DNA of 64,000 bases, from assembly GCA_964016885.1 (NCBI GenBank), contig OZ024758.1, forward strand, positions 31,868,001-31,932,000. Direction: 5' to 3'. The notes under the pieces were generated by a model, which had not been told where the DNA came from, did not search any database, and saw only the letters and a list, made by a program, of their open reading frames with translations. Positions 38,401 to 50,100 of this stretch are shown here, piece after piece (the first letter of the stretch is position 1; the number at the start of each line of letters is the position of its first letter). This DNA is from Eledone cirrhosa (Eukaryota). Both the position numbers and the translations under genes were made by a program.

Positions 38401-41383
38401 CTATGAAGTCTGTCTATGTCGATCTCACAGATCACAAATTTGTGGTCTGTGTAGTTGATTATTTTAAATTGTGGACAACTTATACTAGCCTTATCTAGTT
38501 CCCTGCAGAATACCCTATCTAGATACGATCTGGATGACCCGATGCGGTTTGTCCATGTCCACATTGGCACATTCGGGTGATCCAGTCGATACCTGTCAGA
38601 CAGTTCAAAACGTCTGAGCAGGTTGCTGAGGCTCTTGCACCCTCCTCCCCTATCCACTAGCCCCACACGATCCCAGTGTGCATCCAAGATACCGTTCCAG
38701 TCGCCCACTAACCCTAAAGAGCGGGACGTTCCAAGAAAGGTCTCTAGACGTCTGAAGAAATCTGGCCGTCCTGCCCCTGTTGGGGCGTAGATGGCTACTA
38801 GCCTGAAAGCATTGCCTTCGCTGCCGGTCACGTCCAGCACCACCGACTTACCTTCTGGGTCCAGGAAGATGGCCCGTATCGCAAGATCCAAGCCTCTCCG
38901 AAAAAGGACGGCAACACCTCCCCCCGATCCTGGACGGCTGGGAGATGCGTATACATCGTAGCCGCCGAAGATCGGTGCGAAGGCCTGTGCCTCGGAGATT
39001 CTGGTTTCACTGATGGCCACCACATCTATGTTTAGTGACCTGAGGTCATTGAGCAGGTGACCCTGCTTCCAAGATGACCCCAGGCCACGTGCATTTATAC
39101 TGCCTATTCTGAGTACAGCCATGTTGGATGAGAAACGGGGCAAATGAGAAAGGGTCACTTACCTTGTTCGTGTGGTGAAGGGACAGTAGAACCGTCCCTT
39201 TCGCTGGTCATGGGTGTTTCCAAGAGGATGTCAGTGTATATCCTCTTGGTAACCGTCCCTGTGAAGTCTCCAACTGCGTTGGGGAATTTTTGTTTTAAAG
39301 GTTTGTATTGTTCAAATGAGATTTCGATGATGCTTATGTTTGTCGGGAGAGTTCTTGGTGTTGGTGGGGTGTAGTAATTTTTTTCCGTGATGTCTGTGTG
39401 CTGCTTTATATATTTTATGAGTTCTTTTTTTGCTATGTTTATATGGCTGTGTACTTTTTGGGGGGAGGGGTGATTTTGTTGCCGTTTTCTTCTTGTTGCT
39501 GTTTGGTGTGTGTGTCTTGTTGTGTTTGCGCTGTTGGTGTTTGTGGTTGTGTTGCTGCAAGTTTCCTTGCTGCCTTTACCCCTCTTTGTATGCCTTCGCT
39601 TTTGGAGGGTGAATCTAAGGGTTTTTTTGTTTTTTGTTTTTTGTTTTTTGTGGCAGACTGTTTGCCACGTCACTCCCGCCTCAAACTCCATGTCGGATTC
39701 TGTGGCGTCTGGGAGGGGTATGTGCTCCACGGCTGTTGGTGGTGGTAATGGAGCCTTCTTCGGCAATGTTGTTGCTGGTGTAGCTATTTCAAATGTAGCT
39801 ATTGGTGTTGCCGCTACTGATGATGCTGCTTTAGTTATCCGTGGCCTTGGTATGGGTGCTACGGACGTTGCCTTCTTACTCACCGTGGAAGGGGCTTCTT
39901 CGTTTGTTGCCTGTCCTGCTCTTGGTAGCAGCGGACCAGGTATTGGAAGGAGAGGGGCCCTCTTCGCTGTCTTCTGCGGGCAAAAGGCCCTGAGGTGACC
40001 CTTTCGACCCACAGAGATAACATTTTGGCCGTCTTCCTTCTACACTTATAGGGAGTTGGAGTCCTTCCTCAAAGTGTATGATATCGGGGATAGCCTCGAT
40101 ACATTCCTGGTCAGTTTGTATAAGCATTTGCATGCCTATACCTGACCAGTTCTCTCTCCCTATTTTTTCTACTTGCAGCATGGTCGCCCTGTTCTCAATT
40201 CCAGCAAGGACAGACGTGGCCAGCCAAGGTATGGGCACGTCGGGTGGGACCTGGGTCACTTTGACCCTCACAATTTTCTGCCCGCAGTAGGAGGGCACCA
40301 AGACTAACTCCTCACTCTTTAGGGTTTCCAAAGAGTGAGACTTTGCTTCCTGGGGGGTGGCGAAAAGTACGTCTACTGTGGCGTACTTTCTGCCTCGGGT
40401 GATGTGGGTTTTGCGTGCCCAGACGCACCCCAAGGCCTTTTGGATTTGCGCCTCCGTGGCTCTCTCCACTCGATGTGAGATTTTGCTTACGGTGCGGTAA
40501 GTCACCGTTCGTAGCTGCTGGTCCTTGAAAAAATCGGGTGGAGGTTTCAGGGAAACTCTATTTGCGCTTCTTGTCACCATGGCCCTTGCGACTGCCATCT
40601 CCTCCTCTGTGACTAACACTGTCTCGATATTTCGGGCGACACCTGCAAAAGAAGTGGTCCCCTTTTCAGCAGGACCACTATTGCTGCCGCTACTGGTCTT
40701 ACTGGTGGTGCTGAGGTCGCTATTACAGGTATCGGTGTCATTGTTGTTCTTTTCGCTGGTACAGTTGTTGGTGTTGTTTTCGTTGATACTGTTGCTGCTG
40801 TTACTGTTATTGTGGCTCTTGTTATTATTGTTGTTTTTGTTGATACTGTTCCTACTATTATTGTTGTTGTGGCTGTTGTTATTGTCATTGTTATTGTCGT
40901 TCTCGACCTTACCGCTGTTATTTTTGTTATTGTCGTTCTCGACATTACCGCTGTTATTTTTGTTATTGTCGTTCTCGACTTTACCGGTATTGTTTGTGTT
41001 AGAAATATTTGTTAATTTTAAATCTGTAACAATCTTTTTTTCCTTTGTAATATTTTCGTTTATATTTACCTCCGCTGGGACGCTGTCTTGTTGACATGCT
41101 GATAAAGTCTCCCTCTCTCTGTGTTGTCTGACAGCGCTCTCTCTCTCTTTTGTGTTATCCATGTTGAAATTTTTCAAAAAATATTTTGACACAAATACGA
41201 ATACGAATACGACACCCCGTAAAGGGGTGCCGTATTATTTACTAGTGAACCCCTGTATTAGGTGGGTCACTTCTTCTAAACTTTTATCAAATTTAAAACT
41301 TGAATAAAAGTTTTAGAACGGTTGAAAAAGAGGTAAAACGTTGAAAAAGACTGGAGGCGATAAGAAGCGTGGTTTCACCAACC
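35437..41383 (-). mobile_element. Tx1/L1-clade retrotransposon copy A, full length, frameshifted
   Basis: ORF1 (~41192-39155, CCHC knuckle split by a frameshift); ORF2 from 39122 with APE (SINARGL, ISETR, GDWN, SYLDR, TDHK), RT (KSPGLDG, NFRPITLLN, DQSKAFDRVD, VRQGCPLS, AYADD) and zf-RVT; (AAT)n on both flanks. Confidence 0.95.
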
Positions 41384-41398
41384 AATAATAATAATAAT

Positions 41399-44300
41399 AT
41401 AAGAAGACGCACGTGGTGGATAGAAGGTCATGAAATTGCTCCCGTAAGTTTTTGATTTTTAACATATTTAAATCAATTGTGAAATAACAATTCTTAGTAC
41501 AAATGATACATAAAGCACCAGACTCAAGTCTCAGAAAAATTCGGATCCATAATATATTGTTATATCGCTCAAATATTCAATTTTGTATTATACATTTTAT
41601 ATTCAAAAAAGAAAATGGTTATAAATGGAAGAAAACCCCCTCTGTCTACACTATATAGAACAGCCAAATAACAGCAATTTCACCAACACCACAAACTAGA
41701 TACACCACCTATACCATCACTCCTTTGTGTACACTAAATACAACAGCCAGATAACGGTAATTTCACCACCACCACCACAAATCCCAACATAATAGTTATA
41801 ATTACTGTTATTATTGTCTCAAGTTTTCACAAAATGTTTAATTCCAATATTAAGATAATATGTCAACACATATATTAAACATACGCGACTAACCGCATAG
41901 ATTCACCGATCAAACAAAACTACAGTCTATTCAACAAAACTCAGTAACGACAACGCCATCACTATAGTCACCGCCGCCACCACTCCATCCATCATTGCTA
42001 CCACTATCCCATCACCGCCGCCACCACTCCTTCATTGCTACCACCGCTATTCCCCCATTACCTTCTGTTAACTTACGAAGGGGGAAGGTGGCGGTATCAC
42101 TAGACAATATTAATAAACAATATTAATATTTAATTTTGGATCAGGAATGTTGGAGTCTAAAAGGAGGAAAATGGCAAAATGACTAAATAGCTAAATAGCT
42201 AAAGATAATTTCACCACCAACAGCACCACCACTACCACGCTAAAAACTCTGGTCAAGTTGCCTCAACCTCTCAACCTCTATTTCTACTTCAACTTCAACA
42301 CCATCACTACAGTACTACGATCACATCACCACCACCACTGCCTCATTATCGCTACCACCGCTATTCTCTCCCACTATCTCCTGCTAGGTACTACTAGCAC
42401 AGCACCACCACTGCCTCATTATCACTACCGCCGCTATTCTCTCCCACTACCTCCTGCTACATCGTAGTGTCCCCACTAAAAGAGGAAGGCATCAAAATAT
42501 ATAAATAGACTGAATTGATAACCCGGTCAAAATCAAAAAACCAAAATCAAAATCAAAGCAGCACAGCAACAACGAAAAACGTAAAGAAAAAAAAAATGAA
42601 TAGAAGAACAAACAGACGGACAGAGAAGGGAAGGGAAAAACTAAGTCAGACATTCAAACATTACATTACAATGAAATTTATGCTTATTCATTTTTTTTGG
42701 GGGGGGTGGGGGGGGGGGGGGTTGCCTGTTTGTTTGTTTGTTTATTTTAGTTCGTTTACAGCGTGATAATGCCACACAAAAATCACCGGGAGTGACGAAA
42801 TCACCGGAGGTGATGAAATCACCGGTGGTTATGTAACCATACATTCGCCAATCCTCGATAAGAGTGTTTAAATGTCGAACCTAAACAGTTCGGATAACGG
42901 TGAAGTGGAGACTAGAATGTCATGTGACAGACTCTCACCCAACAGGTGCTCCCTGGCTGTCAACCAAATACTGCTGGTGTCGGAGGAAGAAGAAGAAGGA
43001 AAGGGACCAGAACCAACTGGACGAAAGAATTGAATAGAACTGTTATGCAATGTTACCTGAAGAGTAACCCCAAGGAGAAAGGCTATAGGAAACGGATGCA
43101 TAACATCTGGAACGAGATTGGTCTATTTAAATTAGATGAACAAAAATTGGCCGGGCAGGCTCGGGTAATAAGAACTACTGGGTGGATAAGCAAGCTGGAA
43201 CTGGAGGAACTGAGCAGAGAGATTAGCTTGGAAATGGAGAGTGGAGTATGCCAGGCAAACGAGCCAGTGGGAAATGAAGGTGAAGAGGTCGAGAGAACGG
43301 AGGAACCATCCGAAGCAGACAATGATCTGAATGCTGAAATAAATAATACCTGGAACAGAGATACGGCCACCGAGGAGATGAATGCTGACGGGCTAGGACA
43401 AGATTTGGTTGATATCCTAAACTTAGTGGTAGATGAATTGAACAATGATAGTGGGAAACCTATGAACCTAAGATTTGTAGACAGGAAAAAGTTAAAAGAA
43501 ACAACAGCTAAGGTAAACAAAGTCATCCCATACCTTGAGGCGAGGAGCCTTCACCAGTGCAACAATATCCTCAAAGCAACAGCAAATACGGTGAGGAAAT
43601 TACTTCGTATAAAAGCGAGAGGAAACAACAAACAAGAAAGATCAGAGCCTTGGTGGAAGAAACGACTGAGTGGTCAAATCAGGGAAATGAGAAATGACAT
43701 TGGAAAGCTTGAGTCCCTACTGAATGGGCCACTAAAAAACATAGACACTAAAAATAGACTGGAAATAAAGTACAAAACTAGGAGGAAAAAGCTAAATATT
43801 ATCATAGAGGAACTGAAGCAACGCATTGTAGCAAAGAGTGCAAAAATCAGGCGATACGAGAACAGAGTCAGTCAGTATAGACAGAACCGCATGTTTGACA
43901 ACAACCAGAAGATGCTGTTTGGACAGCTTGAAGGGAAAGAAAGAGGCAACGACTTGATCCCTGAGGCGGAACAAACTAAAACATTCTGGAGAGGAATATG
44001 GGAGCAGGATGTTAAACATAATTACCAGGCAGTGTGGATTGAGACAGTACAGAAGGAGATTAGTGAACAGGCACACCAACAAACTGATTTGAGTATCACA
44101 GTTGAAACTCTTAAGGGGCAGGCCAAAAAACTAACCAACTGGAAATCACCAGGCCCAGATGGTGTGCAGAGGTATTGGATTAAAAATATAACATCCCTCC
44201 ACCCGAAACTGACAACCATGTTCAATGACTGCTTGATGTCAGGTGAGGTACCAGAGTGGTTGACAAGAGGTACCACAGTTCTGATAATGAAAGACCGAAT

Positions 44301-46352
44301 CAAGGGTAATGATGTTACCAACTATAGACCTATCACATGTCTGTCCGTAATGTGGAAACTATTGACAAGCATTATGTCTGAGGAAATCTACCATCACCTC
44401 CACACAAACAACTTGTTACCGGACGAACAGAAAGGATGCCGAAAGAAGTCCCGTGGTACAAAGGACCAGTTACTTATTGATAAGATGGTAATGAGGAATT
44501 GCAAGAGGAGACACACTGGTCTTGCCATGGGATGGATATACTACAAAAAGGCATTTGACATGGTGCCTCATTCTTGGATCACCAAAAGCCTAGAGATCTT
44601 CAAGGTGGCAGATAACATCAGACAGTTGTTGGGCAAAAGTATGAAGTCCTGGGAAACAGAGTTAACATCAGCTGGAGAATCCTTGGGAAGCGTGAAGATC
44701 AAGAGAGGTATCTTCCAGGGAGATAGTCTGTCCCCTCTGTTGTTTGTCCTTGCCCTGATGCCCCTGACCATTATACTGCGAAAAGTGAGAGCAGGATACA
44801 GGTTGGGAAAGGGAGGGCTTACCATCAATCACCTCCTCTTCATGGACGATCTTAAGCTCTTCGGGAAGAGTGAGAAGGAGTTGGATGTGCTTGTTGACAC
44901 TGTCCGTATTTTCAGCAATGATATATGTATGCAATTTGGTATTAGTAAGTGTGGAGTCCTTGTGATGAAGAGGGGTAAATTGAGCAGAAGCAACGGAATC
45001 CAGGTACCAACAGGTGAGATGATAAAGGAAATTGACACTGAAGAAGGATACAAGTATTTGGGTGTTCTGGAGGCTGATGACATCAAGAACAAAAAATTGA
45101 AGGAATTGATAAGAACTGAATACATTCGGAGAGTAAGGAGCGTATTAAAGTCACATCTGAACAGTAGGAATGCCATAAGTGCAGTAAATTCCCGAGCTGT
45201 GTCTATTATTAGGTAGAGTGCGGGAATTCTGAGATGGAATGTTGCTGAACAAAAAGAAATGGATAGGAAGACTAGGAAGCTATTGACTATCTACAACATG
45301 TTCCACAAGAGGAGTGATGTCGATAGACTCTACTTAAGGAGATCTGAAGGTGGAAGAGGTCTTATCAGCATAGAGGACTGTGTTCAGATGGAAAAAAACA
45401 ACCTACACAAATACGTGACTGATAGTAAGGAGCCAATGCTCAGAACTGTACTGAAGGAGAGGACAATAGACCAGGGGATGTCCAAGGAGGAAATAACATC
45501 AAGGAGAAAGAGCAGCCTTCAGGAAAAATCCCTTCATAGTACCTTCTTTGAGAAAACTGAATTCAGAGATCCACAGACATGGAACTGGTTGAAAAGAGGA
45601 GACCTTAAAAAGACTACAGAAGGAATGTTAATGGCTGCGCAAGAGCAGGCCCTCAAAACGAAGTGGTTGAAACACCATATTTACAAGGAGGAGGCTAGCC
45701 CACTGTGCAGGATCTGTGGAGAGAGAGAGGAGACTATGGCTCACATTGTATCCGAGTGTAAACACCTAGCCCAGACTCACTATAAAGGCTGGAGACATGA
45801 TGTGATGGGCAGGGTGATCCACTGGCACCTATGCAAAGTAAACAATTTACCACATTCTGAGAAGTGGTATGAGCATAAGCCAGAGTCGGTGATAGAAAAC
45901 GATCAGGTGAAGGTGCTGTGGGATTTTAGGATACAGACGGACAAGAAACTGGAACACAATAGACCTGACCTGGTGGTTGTGGACAAAGAAAAAAGATCGT
46001 GCCTGATTGTGGATGTGGCCTGCCCATTCGACACGAGAGTGCAAGAGAAGGAGAGGGAGAAAATTAACCGATACCAGGACTTAAAGTGGGAGGTAAAAAG
46101 GATTTGGAACTGCCATGAAGTCAAAGTGGTCCCGATTGTCATAGGCGCACTAGGTACTATCTCAAAAAGTTTCCAGGGATGGTTAAAGAAAATTGGCCCC
46201 TTCACGCTTTTTGGAACGCTTCAAAAGGCATGCTTGCTGGGAACAGCAAGAACCCTCCGATACGTCCTGAATATCTGAAGCTGCAGGTAGTGGCTTGATA
46301 TTCATTTCAACAAACTTTCCAGTTAACTAACATCAATGACTGAGACTCAAAG
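41399..46352 (+). mobile_element. R4/Dong-type RLE retrotransposon, near full length (5' boundary inferred)
   Basis: Bounded by (AAT)n tracts and contains a single long RT-RLE ORF; 41399-42870 is assumed to be 5' UTR. Confidence 0.85.
42946..46278 (+). pseudogene. RT + CCHC + restriction-like endonuclease ORF with one in-frame TAG (45214-45216)
   Basis: NWKSPGPDG, NYRPITCL, EQKGC, GIFQGDSLSPLLF, LFMDDLKL, YKYLG; CRICGEREETMAHIVSEC; RHD; PD..D..K RLE motif. ORFs 42946-45216 and 45259-46278 are in the same frame. Confidence 0.95.
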
Positions 46353-46370
46353 AATAATAATAATAATAAT

Positions 46371-47160
46371 TTAGAGATCCACAGACATGGAACTGGTTAA
46401 AAAGAGGAGACCTTAAAAAAGCTACAGAAAGAATGCTAATGGCTGCACAAGAGCAAGCCCTCAGAACGAAGTGGGTGAAACACCATATCGACAAAGAGGA
46501 GGCTAGCTCACTGTGTAGGATCTGTGGAGAGATAGAGGAGACTGTGGCCCACATTGTATCCGAGTGTAAACACCTAGCCCAGACTCACTATAAAGGCTGG
46601 AGACATGATGTGATGGGCAGGGCGATCCACTGGCATCTATGTAAAGTATACAATTTACCGCATTCGGAGAAGTGGTATGAGCATAAGCCAGAGTCGGTGA
46701 TAGAAAACGATCAGGTGAAGGTGCTGTGGGATTTTAGGATACAGACAGACAAGAAATTAGAACACAATAGGCCTGACCTGGTGGTTTTGGACAAGGAAAA
46801 AAGATTGTGCCTAATTGTAGATGTAGCCTGCCCATTTGACATGAGAGTGCAAGAAAAGGAGAGGGAGAAAATTAACCAATACCAGGATTTAAAGTGGGAG
46901 TTAAAAAGGATTTGGAACTGCCATGAAGTCAAGATCGTCCCGATTGTCATAGGAACACTAGGTACTATCTCAAAGAGTTTCCAAGGATGGTTAAAGAACA
47001 TAGTCCAGCTCCACTTTTTGGAACACTTCAAAAGGCATGCTTGCTGGGAACAGCAAGAACCCTCCGATACGTCCTGAATGTCTGAGGCTGCAGGTAGTGC
47101 CTTGATATTCATTTCAACAAACTTTCCAGTTAAATAACATCAATGACTGAGACTCAAAGA
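46371..47160 (+). mobile_element. R4/Dong-type retrotransposon, 5'-truncated copy 3 (diverged)
   Basis: Colinear with 45562-46352, with scattered substitutions and a frameshift; (AAT)6 on both sides. Confidence 0.93.
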
Positions 47161-47180
47161 ACAATAATAATAATAATAAT

Positions 47181-50100
47181 GATTTCATTTATTGGCCACA
47201 AGGGCCGACATATAGGGGACAATACAAAAGACTGGGACAGTGGGGTTTACAGAAAAATCGAGTAAACAATATGAATAAACAAAGTAACAATAACAAAGTA
47301 ACAATAAAGTAACAAGAAAATTACAACAAGAAAAAATTCCCCAATAGGGGGGATGACCACCTAGGGTTCGCTCAAGTACCCCACTAGTCCTGAACGACCC
47401 GACGCTTCGAGAGCACCCTGGAAGGGCACCCCTCTCCTCTTCAAATTTACCTACCTACAGCCGCATGACCAGAGTAGGCCCACTCACACGGGCCATTCTC
47501 GCCACATTCACCCACCTTTCAGAAAATGTACTGGGGGGCAGCACTTCTCTCTCCACCCTAACCTTCCTTTCCAAGTGAAACTTGAAAAAGTTGATGAGGG
47601 ATTGGCCGAAGAGAAAAGTGTCTGTATTCAGTCCTTTCAACCTCGTCCACCATACAACCTTCCGTGCCTGTAGAGTTTATCTCGAACCGGCAGTGCCCCT
47701 CGGTAGCACTGCCAAGCGAGGGATTTTTGGAAATTATCCATCGTCCCCGGCTCGAAAGTCCTCCGGTACAGACTGGTTAGTTCGACTTCGTTGACTCCCA
47801 GAGCCTCTCCGAGTGCGTCGTCGCACTTGCCCACCACTAATCCTCTATAGAACTCGAGAGTGGAAGTTCCACTGACTGCATTGCCCGCCTGGTAGAGGGC
47901 AGTGAGTGCCTGGCAATATTCCAGATGCCAGTCACCCAGTCTCGGTCTCTTCTTGACCCAGGACTGCAACTCAGTCAAAGAAACGAGCTGCGGAAAGGCC
48001 CGTCTGACAAACGGCGACCACACCTTTTCACCGTTTAGGCAGAATATCTGGAGATGCCGCAGCCTCAGCGCGTGCCTGCGCATCATTAGCCACGGCATGC
48101 CCAGCCCTGCACGTAGAGGGTGCTGGCAGCAGATGGACCGCCTCACCAGCGGAACCTGACCCCTCCACAAGAATTTGAAGAGGAGCCGCTCCAGGATGGC
48201 GATGCGCGAACGGGAGCAAGGGACGACAGTCAGACGGTAGTAGATGACGGACGCGATGTACGCGTTCGCCACCTCCGCCCGACCTTTCAGTGATAGCTTC
48301 ATCCCAGCCCATTTCTGGGTGAGACTGACTACCCTGCCCGTCACCTCGTCCCAATTCTTATCCACCTGGAGGTCTGGCCCGAACCAAACCCCTAGCAACT
48401 TTACCGGTCCGTCCGTCCAGCGCCTAACGACACTGTTGGACGGCATGGACTTGCCTCTCCAGGTGCCGAGTTGCAAGCCTACTCACTTTTCCGGGTTAAG
48501 TTTTGCTCCCGTCAACCTTTCATATTCCTCCAATAAGTTGCCGACCACCTCGATTTCTGATGTCGTCCGCATAAGCCGACACGGCCTTTCCGCGTCCCGG
48601 TTCAAGCGGGATGCCCTGCAACAGCTCCAGCTTCCGCAGTAAAGGCTCGAGAGTCAATACGTACAGAAGGGAGGAGAGAGGGCACGCTTGACGGACCGAT
48701 CGGGAGACCTGAAACGGTTCCGAGAGGTGGCCATTAATTTTGATCATCGAGCAGGTGCCGCTGTGAATTGCAGCGATCCAGCTTCTGAAGACGGGGCCAA
48801 AGCCAGCTGCCTTGAGGACAGCCTCCAGGTACCGATGGTCGACCCTATCGAATGCTTTCGATTGTTCTAAATTGATCAGAGCCCCACCAAAGCCAGGTTT
48901 ACACCCTACCCTCTCTATGATGTATCGTATTAGGTGGAGGTTGTCGTGTATGGACCTGGTTGGGATTGCGCAAATTTGCACCTCCCCAACCAAATCCCCG
49001 ACAAGCGCCAACCTCTTAGCTAACACCCTGGCCAAAATCTTAAACTCTGTGTTGAGCAGAGTTATGGGCCTGAAATTGTCTAATGTGTCCCTCTTGTTCT
49101 CGTCTTTCCTTATGAGCGTCACTACGCCCCGGCTCACAGAACTGGGAATACTCCCGTTTTGCTGCCAGTTGCAGTAGAGGGCTTCGAGGAGATTGGAGAA
49201 CAAGTCTGGCATATTTACGTAAAGCTCGTAGGGCAGATCATCCAAACCGGGTGACTTGCGCCTCATGCAGCCGACAAGGGCATCCTGAATCTCGGGTGAA
49301 GTAATTGGCCTTTCGCAGCGCCCAGCGTCAGCCGTCGAGGGTTGCGGAAAGCCATCGAGGTAGGGACTGAAGTACGCCACCATCTCTGACCCGCCACTTC
49401 CCCCGAACAACCGAGCAAAATGTTGGCAAAAGGCCTCACACATCCTCTTGGAATCGCTCAGCTCGTGCCCGTCTCGGTCCGTCAAAGACCGACTCGTGAT
49501 TTTACCACGCTGCGCCTCTGCCACGCGGGCCCATCGAACAGCTTTGGTTCCCTCGTTTCGCAGAGAATGCGCCTTAGCTCTGACAATGCAACCTTCGTGT
49601 TTCGCATTGAAGAAATGGTCTAATGCCATTCTCGCTACTAGCACATCAGTTGCAATGCCACTACCAATAGCCTCGTCTAACTTATCTACCAACTCCCCCT
49701 CCTTTCTATTTTTCTCTAATGCTACTTCTTTGCTAAACTCTATCGACATTACTCTAATCTCTCTTTTGAGAGCCCCCCACCATCTATTGTTGACAACTCC
49801 CTCTGTCAACTTTTTCTTAACTAAATTGTTGACCTGGTCCCTGTAAGCCTTACGTGCCGGAAATGACATGTTTAGCTTCCAGTAACCAGGTCCTAACCTA
49901 CGCCTCTTATCTAGGTCGACCATACAGATCACAAACTTGTGATCTGAATAGGCGACCGTTTCAAAACGTGGACAGCTTACACTATTTCTGTCTATTTTCC
50001 TAATGAATATCCTGTCTATATACGATAAAGATGACCCTATGCGGTTAGCCCAGGTCCACACTGGTGCATTAGGGAAATCTAGTCAGTATCTGTCAGACAG

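Noticed and set aside
39990-40015. Programmed frameshift in Tx1 ORF1
   Set aside because: Copies B and C read through the zinc knuckle in one frame, so this is a copy-specific 1-bp deletion.
42779-42830. CRISPR-like repeat-spacer pattern
   Set aside because: Only three 18-bp tandem units with similar 'spacers', eukaryotic context and no cas genes.
45214-45216. Programmed stop read-through in the RLE ORF
   Set aside because: The position is normally Tyr in the IIRYS-type motif; a single point mutation is the simpler explanation.
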